Assembly: GCA_051003195.1 (NCBI GenBank)
Contig: JBPCLP010000045.1
Span: forward strand, 195,397 to 259,396
Length of the DNA stretch: 64,000 bases
Direction of reading: 5' to 3'
Origin: Candidatus Sumerlaeaceae bacterium
Lineage (GTDB): Bacteria > Sumerlaeota > Sumerlaeia > Sumerlaeales > Sumerlaeaceae
Part shown: in pieces, positions 10,924 through 20,266 of the stretch
How the letters are laid out: the number at the start of each line of letters is the position of its first letter
How positions within the stretch are numbered: position 1 is the stretch's first letter
Program-made: the position numbers and the translations under genes
Notes under the pieces: model-generated
Told to the model about the DNA's origin: nothing
The model's database searches: none
The model's input: only the letters and a program-made list of their open reading frames with translations

Positions 10924-11418
10924 GAACCTTCCTGCCCATACGTACAATGCGCATGAATCTTGCCGAGAGGAACATGTGAGCAGTGAGAGTAACACCTACG
11001 CTGCTTTGGACCAGGGTCGGGTTTGTAACTGGCATTAGCGAAAAAAGCATTCGAGCAATTGCCAAACATGCTCCGACATTCTTTCCGCCTGACCACCATC
11101 GATTTCCCCATACAGCCCATGGACCGGATTTTGCAGGGCACTGAGGTTCTTCAAAAGCTGCTTATGGGCAGCAATAAGTTCCTCGAGCCTTCTTCCCCTT
11201 CGAGGAATTTGCCTTGGTATCTCCGAGCATGACCCCGGCCATCATCAATTCCTCTGACCTGTAGTCGCACACCAGTAAAACGGCGCTGAGTCTGCATCGA
11301 CTCGCTGGTTTTCGTTTGCAATCTAGAACGACTGCAGGCCCTACTGCTGTTGCGCCTGATTGCCTTTCGTCCCAAAGCAGCGAATAGGGGGATCAGTGCA
11401 AAACAGCGGGAAGCAAGC

Positions 11419-12702
11419 ATGGCCATTTACACAACCTACGATCCAACGCTGTCCTGTGACGAAACGGAAGCCAAGTGGTTCCGCGTGGCGATCCTGTGGG
11501 CCCTTGAGAAGAAGCTCGATGGGCGAGCCACTCGCGCCCAAGTTTTGGAGCACGTCTACGACCTAATGCGCGACGGGCTGACTGACTGGGATGAGGAAGT
11601 CCTTCCAAGTGGTCAGGAGATTCGCTGGAAAACAAAGGCAAGCTGGGAACGGTTTCATATGGTGGATGATCGGCTCTTGAGCAAGGATTCCGCTCATGGC
11701 GTGTGGGAAATCACCACTGCTGGCCGCGAGTTTTTCATCCAATACTTTAGTGACTGGATGGAATGTTGGGAGGAAGGTCGGCACTGGGTTTCCGCAAGCA
11801 AAAGGTCAGCGGCGTTGGCTCAAACGCTCTCATCCATTCCGAAACCAGACCCGCTTTCAACTCTTCGAGATCTGCTTCGCTGGCGCGTGGTCCGCGAGGG
11901 ACAGTCCACAAGCGAGTGCAGTAAAACATTGATTCTAAATCCTGCTGATTTTCAACACAACTCTGCAACCGTGGTCATAATCAAGCAGTGGAAGGGTCTG
12001 TTTTTCGACCAGTTGCTCTGTGGCTTTGATTCCACTTTCAGCATCTGCAAAAGCAGCGACACGAACGGCCACCTGTATTTCCCCGCAGCTGAATTAGGCG
12101 CGAAACTTTCACCGGATTATTTCTCAGTGCCACGCGAGATTCGTCTATGGCCTGCCGCCGGTAAGCTGTTTCGCCCTGTCACCATTGCGGAGGTCCAGTT
12201 TGGGGTCTCCTGTAAGCTATGTGAATTGTGCGGTGCGGAACCGCTTTCAATTCGCCGTCATATTGCGGCACATGTGAACGACTTCTTCTCCCAAGTAACG
12301 GATTACAGCACACTACCTCGCAAGCTGTCGGGACTTCCTGCTGCTGTATATCGCTGTAACAGTTGTCGCTTCTATTCCGTCTCAGGGGGACGACTTAACC
12401 CCACGTCCGCCATTGCGAACCACGTAGAGAAAGCACATCGGGGCAAGCTAGGATCTTTTTCCGTTATAACGGACTATGCAGAAATCGTTGAAAGCAGCGG
12501 GATGGATTTGCCACTTTTATACGAGTGTATTTCTTGCGGTGGATTACTTCCCAGCACCGATTTGGAAACAGTTATCCGGCACTTTGATCAGCACCAAGGA
12601 CATTGGGAAAGCCTTTTTCAAAAGTCTGATCAATTGTCGAGCTCCTCGGGATCTTTCGTCCGTACGGAAGAGAGCGGGGGCGAGATATGTCGCAGTTATT
12701 AA
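11419..12702 (+). CDS. Mrr_N-like winged-helix protein with three C2H2-like zinc-finger motifs
   Basis: ILWAL...VLEHVYDLM...SGQEIRWKTKASWER..M...L......GVWEITTAG resembles Mrr_N; C-terminal CELC..H..H, CNSC..H..H, CISC..H..H. Confidence 0.65.
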   Translation: MAIYTTYDPTLSCDETEAKWFRVAILWALEKKLDGRATRAQVLEHVYDLMRDGLTDWDEEVLPSGQEIRWKTKASWERFHMVDDRLLSKDSAHGVWEITTAGREFFIQYFSDWMECWEEGRHWVSASKRSAALAQTLSSIPKPDPLSTLRDLLRWRVVREGQSTSECSKTLILNPADFQHNSATVVIIKQWKGLFFDQLLCGFDSTFSICKSSDTNGHLYFPAAELGAKLSPDYFSVPREIRLWPAAGKLFRPVTIAEVQFGVSCKLCELCGAEPLSIRRHIAAHVNDFFSQVTDYSTLPRKLSGLPAAVYRCNSCRFYSVSGGRLNPTSAIANHVEKAHRGKLGSFSVITDYAEIVESSGMDLPLLYECISCGGLLPSTDLETVIRHFDQHQGHWESLFQKSDQLSSSSGSFVRTEESGGEICRSY

Positions 12703-14915
12703 GCGGCGAAAGACCTTTCGCTGATTGGAGCACCGCAGAAATTGCCGAGGAGATCGAGAGCTCATGGAACGAGCGATCTCGGCTGGAAGCAATCCGGCAT
12801 GAACTTCAGTTTCGCAAACGGCGAGAAGCTCAGGCCCAATTTATCCGCGTCGGACAGCGACTACATGAACTAACTTTCAAACCAACAATAGCTATCGGAT
12901 CCAAACAGTCGCAGGGAGCTAAAGCCCCCGTAAGTTCGTCGTTGAGGAAAGGCGTTCAACAAGCATCCTCTGGACGCACTAACGGATCTGAGGGGACAAC
13001 ACTTCGCGGCTCTGTAAAGGCTGCCCGGCGTCCGCACCCGGCGACGCAGAAAGACGTCATTACGCTCTGCCGAGCCGATCGAGCAGTAGTTCTGGCCGGA
13101 CCTGGAACGGGAAAAACAGAAACAGTTGCTCGCCGGCTTGTTCATTTAATCGAGGGTGAAGCCTTAGCCCCAAAAGAGATTATCGTTCTATCATATTCCT
13201 GCACTGCAGTAAATGTACTTACACGTCGGATTGCTTCAATTCAGGGAATCGCGGCTGCTGTTCGCGAGGACCTTCGGTTTTTGTCCATACGAACCTTTGA
13301 CTCCTGGTCGTTTCGGATGCTTAGAGAGCATGGGATTGAGGTTTCAGCACTCTTCGGATCCGATAGCTACGATCGAAACATTCACATGCTTGCAGAGCTA
13401 CTAAACGATAGCGCCAGGCTCTCCGGCAGTAAACTGCGGCCGCTTCTTGCAGGAATAAAACATCTGATAGTGGATGAATGCCAAGACCTCACGGGCGTGA
13501 GGGCACTGCTGGTTAAACGTCTCCTTCAGTACCTCTCCAGGTCTTCCCAATTTGGCTTCACAATCTTAGGGGATCCGAACCAAGGCATCTACGATTGGGC
13601 AGGTAGTGAAAAGGGTATTAGCTCGGTTGAACTGATAAACTGGATCAGTGTTGAGCCACAGGTAGCACTGTTGCGCTTTGAGAAGAATTTCCGAAGCACC
13701 GAGGCGGCGCAGCACTCCCTGGTTGCTGACGCTGCAAAGCACCTTAACAGTGGTGCAACAGCGGAGTTTTTCGCTCTGGTTAACGGACGAGTGGCGGCTT
13801 GCACCCTCAATGCCTTTGCTACCTTTAAGCCTGAACTGAACGGGGCAGGAATGCTGTGCTACACCAACGGCCAGGCTTTGGCATTAGCTTCGAACCTCCT
13901 GGAGGAACACCCACATCTATCAAAGCATCTTCGTCTTGAGGCCGGGTCCAACCCTTCACGTGTGCCATTATGGTTTGGTCTGTTCTTTAGCAGGTTTAAG
14001 AGCGACGAAATCAGCTCACAACACTTCGTACAGCTATACAACAAATTGCAAGCTTCCGGCGTAAGGATGCCGCAGGGAAACTCGGAGTCCTCTTGGTTGA
14101 TGCTGATAAGAGCTGCCAGGCAGCGGGATGGAGATTCAAAGCTTTCCCTTCCCAAACTTCGCGATCGTTTGCTGTGGCGAGACTTCTTGCCCGACGATGA
14201 GCAGGCCTGTGAACCCATGATCGAGGTCACGACCATCCATCAATCTAAAGGCCGCGAGTTTGATCTCGTCGCAGTAAGTGATGCTCCAACTTTCGGAAAG
14301 TGGACTGCAGAGGACTTATCAAAAATCCAGTACGTGGGAATTAGTCGTGCGCGGCAGAAACTTGTACGGCTCGGAACCGAACAGGGGAGCATGGACCTCA
14401 GCGAAAAGAAGCTGAAGCAGGGTCGCAAGCGTTGGCACTCTTGGAGCAAGACAAGAAAGGGCTCCTTTAACTTGCTTGAGATCGGAATCCCTGATGATTT
14501 AGACGAAGTTGCCTTTTTGATGCCAAAAGTAATCGGCTCTCCCGAAGCAGTGTTAGAGCTCCAGGAGTATTTTCGCACCAGCCATCAGGAGCTTGTCGGA
14601 CAAGAGATTGTTCTTACACGTGAATGGGATGATGATGAGGACCGGAGCTTTTACTTCATACGCCTAGGGGATGAAAGCGGCAGAGTCCTTGGACGGATGG
14701 CCGCTCAGCTCCCGGAAGACTTGTACTATCTCCCGGGAGAGCAGAGAACAAAGCTGTCGATGCCAAAGAACATCCGCGACTTGCGCATACAGGAAATCGT
14801 TACATGCGTGCTTCGTCAAACCCAGGAAGTCATTGAACCCTGGGCCACCACAAAGCTCTGGCTCGGACTTCGTATCCATGGTCTCGGATCATATAACGTT
14901 TACTGGAAGGCTTGA
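12687..14915 (+). CDS. UvrD/REP-like SF1 helicase
   Basis: AGPGTGKT, TFDS, VDECQD, GDPNQGIY, NFRS, TIHQSKGREFD, YVGISRA. Confidence 0.9.
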   Translation: MSQLLSGERPFADWSTAEIAEEIESSWNERSRLEAIRHELQFRKRREAQAQFIRVGQRLHELTFKPTIAIGSKQSQGAKAPVSSSLRKGVQQASSGRTNGSEGTTLRGSVKAARRPHPATQKDVITLCRADRAVVLAGPGTGKTETVARRLVHLIEGEALAPKEIIVLSYSCTAVNVLTRRIASIQGIAAAVREDLRFLSIRTFDSWSFRMLREHGIEVSALFGSDSYDRNIHMLAELLNDSARLSGSKLRPLLAGIKHLIVDECQDLTGVRALLVKRLLQYLSRSSQFGFTILGDPNQGIYDWAGSEKGISSVELINWISVEPQVALLRFEKNFRSTEAAQHSLVADAAKHLNSGATAEFFALVNGRVAACTLNAFATFKPELNGAGMLCYTNGQALALASNLLEEHPHLSKHLRLEAGSNPSRVPLWFGLFFSRFKSDEISSQHFVQLYNKLQASGVRMPQGNSESSWLMLIRAARQRDGDSKLSLPKLRDRLLWRDFLPDDEQACEPMIEVTTIHQSKGREFDLVAVSDAPTFGKWTAEDLSKIQYVGISRARQKLVRLGTEQGSMDLSEKKLKQGRKRWHSWSKTRKGSFNLLEIGIPDDLDEVAFLMPKVIGSPEAVLELQEYFRTSHQELVGQEIVLTREWDDDEDRSFYFIRLGDESGRVLGRMAAQLPEDLYYLPGEQRTKLSMPKNIRDLRIQEIVTCVLRQTQEVIEPWATTKLWLGLRIHGLGSYNVYWKA

Positions 14916-17900
14916 ATGGCTGCGACTGTTAAGCAAATGGAAGAGGCAAGGCGTGAGGTCGTTTCGCGGATAACCAAGCTGCTACTTGGTCCCCTTTACG
15001 GTGACACCGAGGTAATCAACTCCTCTCCTGCAAACACATACCTGACAGGCATTCTACATCCTCCCGCGGTTTGGATGGATGCTGAAGAAGAAGCGGAACG
15101 ACTTGCCCAAGACGATGACTTGGAGGGAACTGGTGACGAGCCTGACGAGCCTGCGCCTGAAAAATCCGCACCACTCTACATGACCTCCAAGCCAGCATCT
15201 ATTGGCTTAACCTGCACTCTTTCAAACGCAAATGCGGATTTTATAGTTGTGCTCAGGTACGCTCGCTACATCCCAGATCCACCGGTGGCAGCTGGTGAGG
15301 ACGAGGATCCTGGCGGTGATCCGGATACGACTCGAATTATGAGAAAGTGGAAGCGCGTTCCGGTAGAGCACCGAGTTCTGGTCCAAGGATCAGAAACTCG
15401 TTCCCAGTGGCGTGAAACTGCTCTCAACACAACCGAGGGACAACTGCTAGAGGGCGTACACTTAGACATTCGTCGGCGCGTGGTCCGTGGCGCGTTAATG
15501 GTGACCGCGACGCTCATCAATACGACGCCAAAAATGAACAGTCGGAGCGAGGCTTGCCTGTTCCAAACCGAAGTCGGAATATTGGCGAAGGGAAACATCA
15601 GCCCGCGACCCATCGAATGCCGATCCAATGAAGAAGATTTGCTGATGAACCAACTGCTATATCGCAATGCTCGTGAGTTTGCGGTCGGTCACGGAGTTGC
15701 AGCCCACTGGGTTACCGACAATTCAAATAGCGTGGATGAAGTCTGGACCCGGTGGTTGCCAAACCAATACGTTAGCGCGACAACTCCCGAGGGGCATTCG
15801 TCACTACAGGAACTGAAGGCTATGCGACCATCAGTCTTTGATGCAGCAATGCTGGCCACCAGTCAGCGCGACGTGATCGTCGGGGAGCTATCCCGCTTCT
15901 GTAAAGCTTATGACAGCTGGATCGATACGGAAGATTTTAGGAAAGACAACGATCTGACCCCTTCGGAATTGGCTACCGCAGTTCGTCACATCCGTGGATG
16001 CCGTTCAGCTAAAAGCCGTATGCAGGCAGGGGTCGAGTTGTTGATGCGATCCGATCGTGCATTCCGTGCTTTCCAGCTCGCGAATGCCGCAATGGACTCG
16101 CAATCGAACTCAGTTGCCCGGGGACCCAGGGCGAGGCCACTGGTTTGGAGACCATTTCAGCTCGCATTCATACTGCTCGCTCTTCCAGGAGTGGCTGATC
16201 CGAAACATCAAGATCGGGATCTGCTGGATCTCCTGTGGTTCCCGACCGGCGGGGGAAAAACGGAAGCCTATCTTGGACTATCAGCTTTTGCAATTTTCCA
16301 TGATCGACTCTGTCATAATGCCTCCTTTGCCGATGGGGGCGTAAAGGTCCTTATGAGATATACGCTGCGGCTGCTGACCATCCAGCAGTTCCAGCGGGCT
16401 GCGGCAATGATATGCGAAGCTGAACTAATTCGTCAACGGTGTGAAGAGGAAATTGGTACAGCACCAATTTCGCTGGGACTGTATGTCGGTCAAGGGGCGA
16501 CTCCAAACAAAGTTTCCGAGCGCGATAATGTTGGGAAGCTTTACGAGGGCTGCGCACAGGAGATACTGGAGCGTGAGGCAAGGGGTGAGCAGCCCGAAAC
16601 CACCCCCCGCATGCTCGATTCGTGCCCGCTCTGCGGGTCATCTCTGGGCATTTCCAATTACGGAGTAATCGAGGAAACAAACCAGTTAAAGATTACTTGC
16701 CACAACGCGAGTTGCCGCTCGTCAGCTGCAGCACTTCCAGTGTATACAGTAGATGACGAGATTTATCGAGTCTTGCCGTCCCTGATACTGGGTACGGTTG
16801 ACAAGTTTGCACAATTACCTCGAAATAGCAAGGTTGGGGGGCTTCTTGGAAGACCCCAGAATCCGCTCTGCCTGATAATTCAAGACGAGCTTCACTTGAT
16901 ATCGGGCCCACTCGGGAGTATGACGGGGTTGTACGAAGCTGGGTTAGACTTCCTGGCAGAGAGAGCGGGCGAAAAAGTTAAAATCGTTGGCTCGACAGCG
17001 ACAATCGGTCACGCCTCGGATCAGGTTCGCGCTTTGTTTAATCGAGACGTTTGTCAATTTCCTCCCCCCTCCATCGATGCAGGTGAATCGTTTTTTGCAG
17101 TTACTGACGTCAATTCACCAAACCGCTGGTACATTGGTATTTCTTCTGCCGGACGGAGTCCCAAATTCACGCTACAAGCTGTAACTGCTGCACTACTTCA
17201 GGTCGTGTATTCCCTGCAGGAAGAAAGCGCTTGGGGCAGCGAAACCAATGCTGTGCTGGATCCTTTCTGGACAGCTGTCTTGTACTTCAACAGCATGCGT
17301 GAGCTTGGCGGTGCCAGAGTAATGGTTCAGGATGACGTCCGCCGGTCGACCTTGTTATATGCCAGGCTCCTTAGTAATTCCGAACGCCATCGGGACCCCG
17401 GCGAGCCAAAAGAACTGAACAGCAGGACAAAGTCGCGCGACATTCCGTTAGTCTTGGAACAGCTGAACCTGACATTAGACGGTGATATCGAAGAAGGCGT
17501 TCCGCTGGATACGGTGCTGGCCAGCAACATGATTTCAGTAGGCATCGACATCCCCCGCCTTGGCGCTATGATCGTGAACGGAATGCCTAAGACTGTTGCT
17601 GAGTATATCCAGGCAACGTCTCGTGTTGGCCGTGGCATTCCCGGCCTAGTGCTGACGGTTTACAATGCTTCCCGTCCTCGGGATCTCTCGATTTTCGAAC
17701 ACTTCTGTGGTTTCCATCAAGCATATTATCGGGCCGTTGAGGCAACGAGTGTTACTCCTTGGTCTCCCAGGGCCAGGGACAAGGCGCTGCATGCGGTTTT
17801 TATTGGGGCACTACGACATGCGATAGAAGAGTGGCGACCCGACCAAGGTGCTCAACAATTCAGGAGCGGTGATGATGTAGTAGCAGAATTTTCCGACTAC

Positions 17901-18191
17901 TTGCTGGCGCGGGCTGCGAGCGTAAGCGCCCTCGTCAACATGGAAGAACTGAAAGCAGAACTGCAAGTTGTCTGCGAATGGTGGGATAATCGACGAAGGA
18001 TGGCGGCCACTGCCGGACCAACGCCGACCGACTTGTATTACTGGTATAAGCAATTGCATCCAAACACTCACAAAGCAGCTGGGCCGTTTCTCCTGCGGGG
18101 TGCGGAAGACGGTGTCTACGATCTAAGCGTGCGAGTTGCACCAAATTCCATGAGGGAAGTTGAACCTTCTGTCAGTTACGCCCAAACGTGA
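14916..18191 (+). CDS. drmA: DISARM DrmA-like SF2 helicase
   Basis: WRPFQLAF, LLWFPTGGGKTEAY, MRYTLRLLTIQQFQR, TVDKFA, QDELHLISGPLG, ASNMISVGIDI, YIQATSRVGR, NSMREVE. Confidence 0.85.
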   Translation: MAATVKQMEEARREVVSRITKLLLGPLYGDTEVINSSPANTYLTGILHPPAVWMDAEEEAERLAQDDDLEGTGDEPDEPAPEKSAPLYMTSKPASIGLTCTLSNANADFIVVLRYARYIPDPPVAAGEDEDPGGDPDTTRIMRKWKRVPVEHRVLVQGSETRSQWRETALNTTEGQLLEGVHLDIRRRVVRGALMVTATLINTTPKMNSRSEACLFQTEVGILAKGNISPRPIECRSNEEDLLMNQLLYRNAREFAVGHGVAAHWVTDNSNSVDEVWTRWLPNQYVSATTPEGHSSLQELKAMRPSVFDAAMLATSQRDVIVGELSRFCKAYDSWIDTEDFRKDNDLTPSELATAVRHIRGCRSAKSRMQAGVELLMRSDRAFRAFQLANAAMDSQSNSVARGPRARPLVWRPFQLAFILLALPGVADPKHQDRDLLDLLWFPTGGGKTEAYLGLSAFAIFHDRLCHNASFADGGVKVLMRYTLRLLTIQQFQRAAAMICEAELIRQRCEEEIGTAPISLGLYVGQGATPNKVSERDNVGKLYEGCAQEILEREARGEQPETTPRMLDSCPLCGSSLGISNYGVIEETNQLKITCHNASCRSSAAALPVYTVDDEIYRVLPSLILGTVDKFAQLPRNSKVGGLLGRPQNPLCLIIQDELHLISGPLGSMTGLYEAGLDFLAERAGEKVKIVGSTATIGHASDQVRALFNRDVCQFPPPSIDAGESFFAVTDVNSPNRWYIGISSAGRSPKFTLQAVTAALLQVVYSLQEESAWGSETNAVLDPFWTAVLYFNSMRELGGARVMVQDDVRRSTLLYARLLSNSERHRDPGEPKELNSRTKSRDIPLVLEQLNLTLDGDIEEGVPLDTVLASNMISVGIDIPRLGAMIVNGMPKTVAEYIQATSRVGRGIPGLVLTVYNASRPRDLSIFEHFCGFHQAYYRAVEATSVTPWSPRARDKALHAVFIGALRHAIEEWRPDQGAQQFRSGDDVVAEFSDYLLARAASVSALVNMEELKAELQVVCEWWDNRRRMAATAGPTPTDLYYWYKQLHPNTHKAAGPFLLRGAEDGVYDLSVRVAPNSMREVEPSVSYAQT

Positions 18192-18201
18192 GGGAGAAGT
18201 A

Positions 18202-20265
18202 ATGCCGAAATCGAATTTACCACCTCAAGAATCGAAAAGTCGGGGTACAGGTCGTCGTCAGGGGCCGGGTGGCACGCCCAGTCCAGCTTCACGGACGAGC
18301 ATCTCTGGAAGGCGGGAGACTGATGCCACTTCCTTTCGCCCAGTGGTTGGCAATACACGCCGATCTCAGGCAGTTCTTACGTGGAGCGTCGGGTCCATTA
18401 TTGACCTGCCGAACGGGTCTTTCATGCCTTTAGGTTTGGACTTTATTGAGGAGGAACTACAACACGGCGGTGTGCAGAGTAGTCACGTGTACGAACTCCG
18501 CTTTCATGAAGATCGACTTGAGAAGCTGCTGCATGTTCGCCATTTCCAGGCACCGTGTGTAGCCACCGAAAAAACCAAAAGGGAATTTGGGCGAAAAGTC
18601 GCGAAGGGGCACTGTGTTCCCGTCGTGCGTTTTCCGGAATGGCTGGAATGTCCTCAGTGCCATCGACTTGGAACAATTAACAATCCGTTCGAACTGGATC
18701 ACACTCGCGATGAAGTCGTTTGCCAGGGATGCGGTCGCTGTAAAGTAGCACCAGTGCGATTCGTATGCGCTTGCGCCTCCGGACACATTGAGGATTTCCC
18801 TTGGGACATCTGGGCACACCGACGGACAAAGGGAGTGTGCCCGGGAGGCAACTCGCGCCTGAAACTGCTTTCGCGTGGCCGCAGCGCAGGCCTTGGTGAT
18901 CTATACGTTACATGCCTTGCCTGCGACGCTACGGCAGACTTGGCAAAAGTTACAATGAAGTTCTCGCTTAAAGATTTAAAAACATGTGGTGGCAACGAAC
19001 CCTGGTTGCGGCGAACGGTTAAGTGTCAGAACCATCTTCGCGTACTTCAGCGAGGTGCATCCAATTTGCACTTTGCGGTTCCTGCCTCGTTGCTCTCAAT
19101 TCCTCCCGGATCAGACGCAATAGCACAGCTCCTTTACGATCAGTGGGATTCATTGAGCCAGTGGGTGGATGATGACGAACTGCTGCGCAGAACTCTGGAG
19201 GGGTACAAAGCACGAAGAGGCGACTTTGACATTGATGTTGCGATGCAATGGGTCAAGCGACAGCATCAGTCTGAGCAGGATGATGTGGATTCTGCTACGG
19301 ATGAGACGGATGCCAGGTTCGAAGAGTATCTGGCACTTAGTAGCACACATCGTTCAGATCGGGCAGGTGGTTTCACGTCGCAGTTCGAGAACGAGGTATA
19401 CTCGCCACCAAAGGAGTTGGAACCGTGGTTTGACCTTTTCGGCGCCGTTACCAGGTTGCGGGAAGTTCGTGCGATTGTAGGCTTTACCAGAATTAGTCCC
19501 GTTACTCTCCAGATCGAGCAGGTACGCGATGCGGCTGCTCATGGTGTAATTTCCAAGCTTGGAGCACAGTGGAACAATTGGTTGCCAGGAGTGGAGATCC
19601 GTGGGGAAGGCATTTTCCTTCGCTTCAACATAGAATCAGTCAAATCGTGGGTTGCAGCAAACCCAGCGGTAGCACAGCGAGCCGCTCTACTTGATAAGCA
19701 GCATGTACTATTTTACCAAGAGCGCCTTAAGGAGGCGGGTAGAGAAGAGACGGACCCCGTGCTTCAAATTACTCCAAAACATTTACTGGTGCATTCTTTC
19801 GCGCATGTGTTAATTCGCCGACTCTCTATCGACTGCGGATATTCGTCAGCAAGCCTTCGGGAGAGACTATACGTCGATAATGGTGCTGAGGGTGCCAGCG
19901 GCGAAATGGCAGGAGTGTTGATCTACACTGGTTCTCCCGATTCCGATGGTAGTCTTGGCGGCTTGGTTAATTTGGCGCAGCCAGAACGTCTGGCTTCGAT
20001 GATACGACGCGCAGTCGAGGATAGTGCTTGGTGCGGTAATGATCCGGTATGCTCCGAAACCAGTCCCATGGATATGGGAAGCCGACTTTCTGGTGCAAGC
20101 TGCCACAGCTGCCTCCTTCTTCCTGAAACGGCCTGTGAGCGTTTCAATTGCGAGCTAGATAGAGCAATGCTGTGTGGGGGTGTGCACGTGGAAGGCGGGC
20201 AGAGCATTTCCTTTAATGGTTACTTTCAACAGTTGTTAGAAGGCAGCGCGGAGAAGGGCACATAG
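18202..20265 (+). CDS. drmB: DISARM DrmB-like DUF1998 protein
   Basis: RRSQ start, RFPEW.ECP.C, RFVCAC..GH..DFPW, GEGIF, HSFAH, C..DPVC..CHSC..PETACE..N..LDR. Confidence 0.85.
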   Translation: MPKSNLPPQESKSRGTGRRQGPGGTPSPASRTSISGRRETDATSFRPVVGNTRRSQAVLTWSVGSIIDLPNGSFMPLGLDFIEEELQHGGVQSSHVYELRFHEDRLEKLLHVRHFQAPCVATEKTKREFGRKVAKGHCVPVVRFPEWLECPQCHRLGTINNPFELDHTRDEVVCQGCGRCKVAPVRFVCACASGHIEDFPWDIWAHRRTKGVCPGGNSRLKLLSRGRSAGLGDLYVTCLACDATADLAKVTMKFSLKDLKTCGGNEPWLRRTVKCQNHLRVLQRGASNLHFAVPASLLSIPPGSDAIAQLLYDQWDSLSQWVDDDELLRRTLEGYKARRGDFDIDVAMQWVKRQHQSEQDDVDSATDETDARFEEYLALSSTHRSDRAGGFTSQFENEVYSPPKELEPWFDLFGAVTRLREVRAIVGFTRISPVTLQIEQVRDAAAHGVISKLGAQWNNWLPGVEIRGEGIFLRFNIESVKSWVAANPAVAQRAALLDKQHVLFYQERLKEAGREETDPVLQITPKHLLVHSFAHVLIRRLSIDCGYSSASLRERLYVDNGAEGASGEMAGVLIYTGSPDSDGSLGGLVNLAQPERLASMIRRAVEDSAWCGNDPVCSETSPMDMGSRLSGASCHSCLLLPETACERFNCELDRAMLCGGVHVEGGQSISFNGYFQQLLEGSAEKGT

Positions 20266-20266
20266 A

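Noticed and set aside
14916..20265. Calling the locus canonical DISARM class 1 or 2
   Set aside because: No PLD (drmC), SNF2 (drmD), adenine methylase or recognisable drmE.
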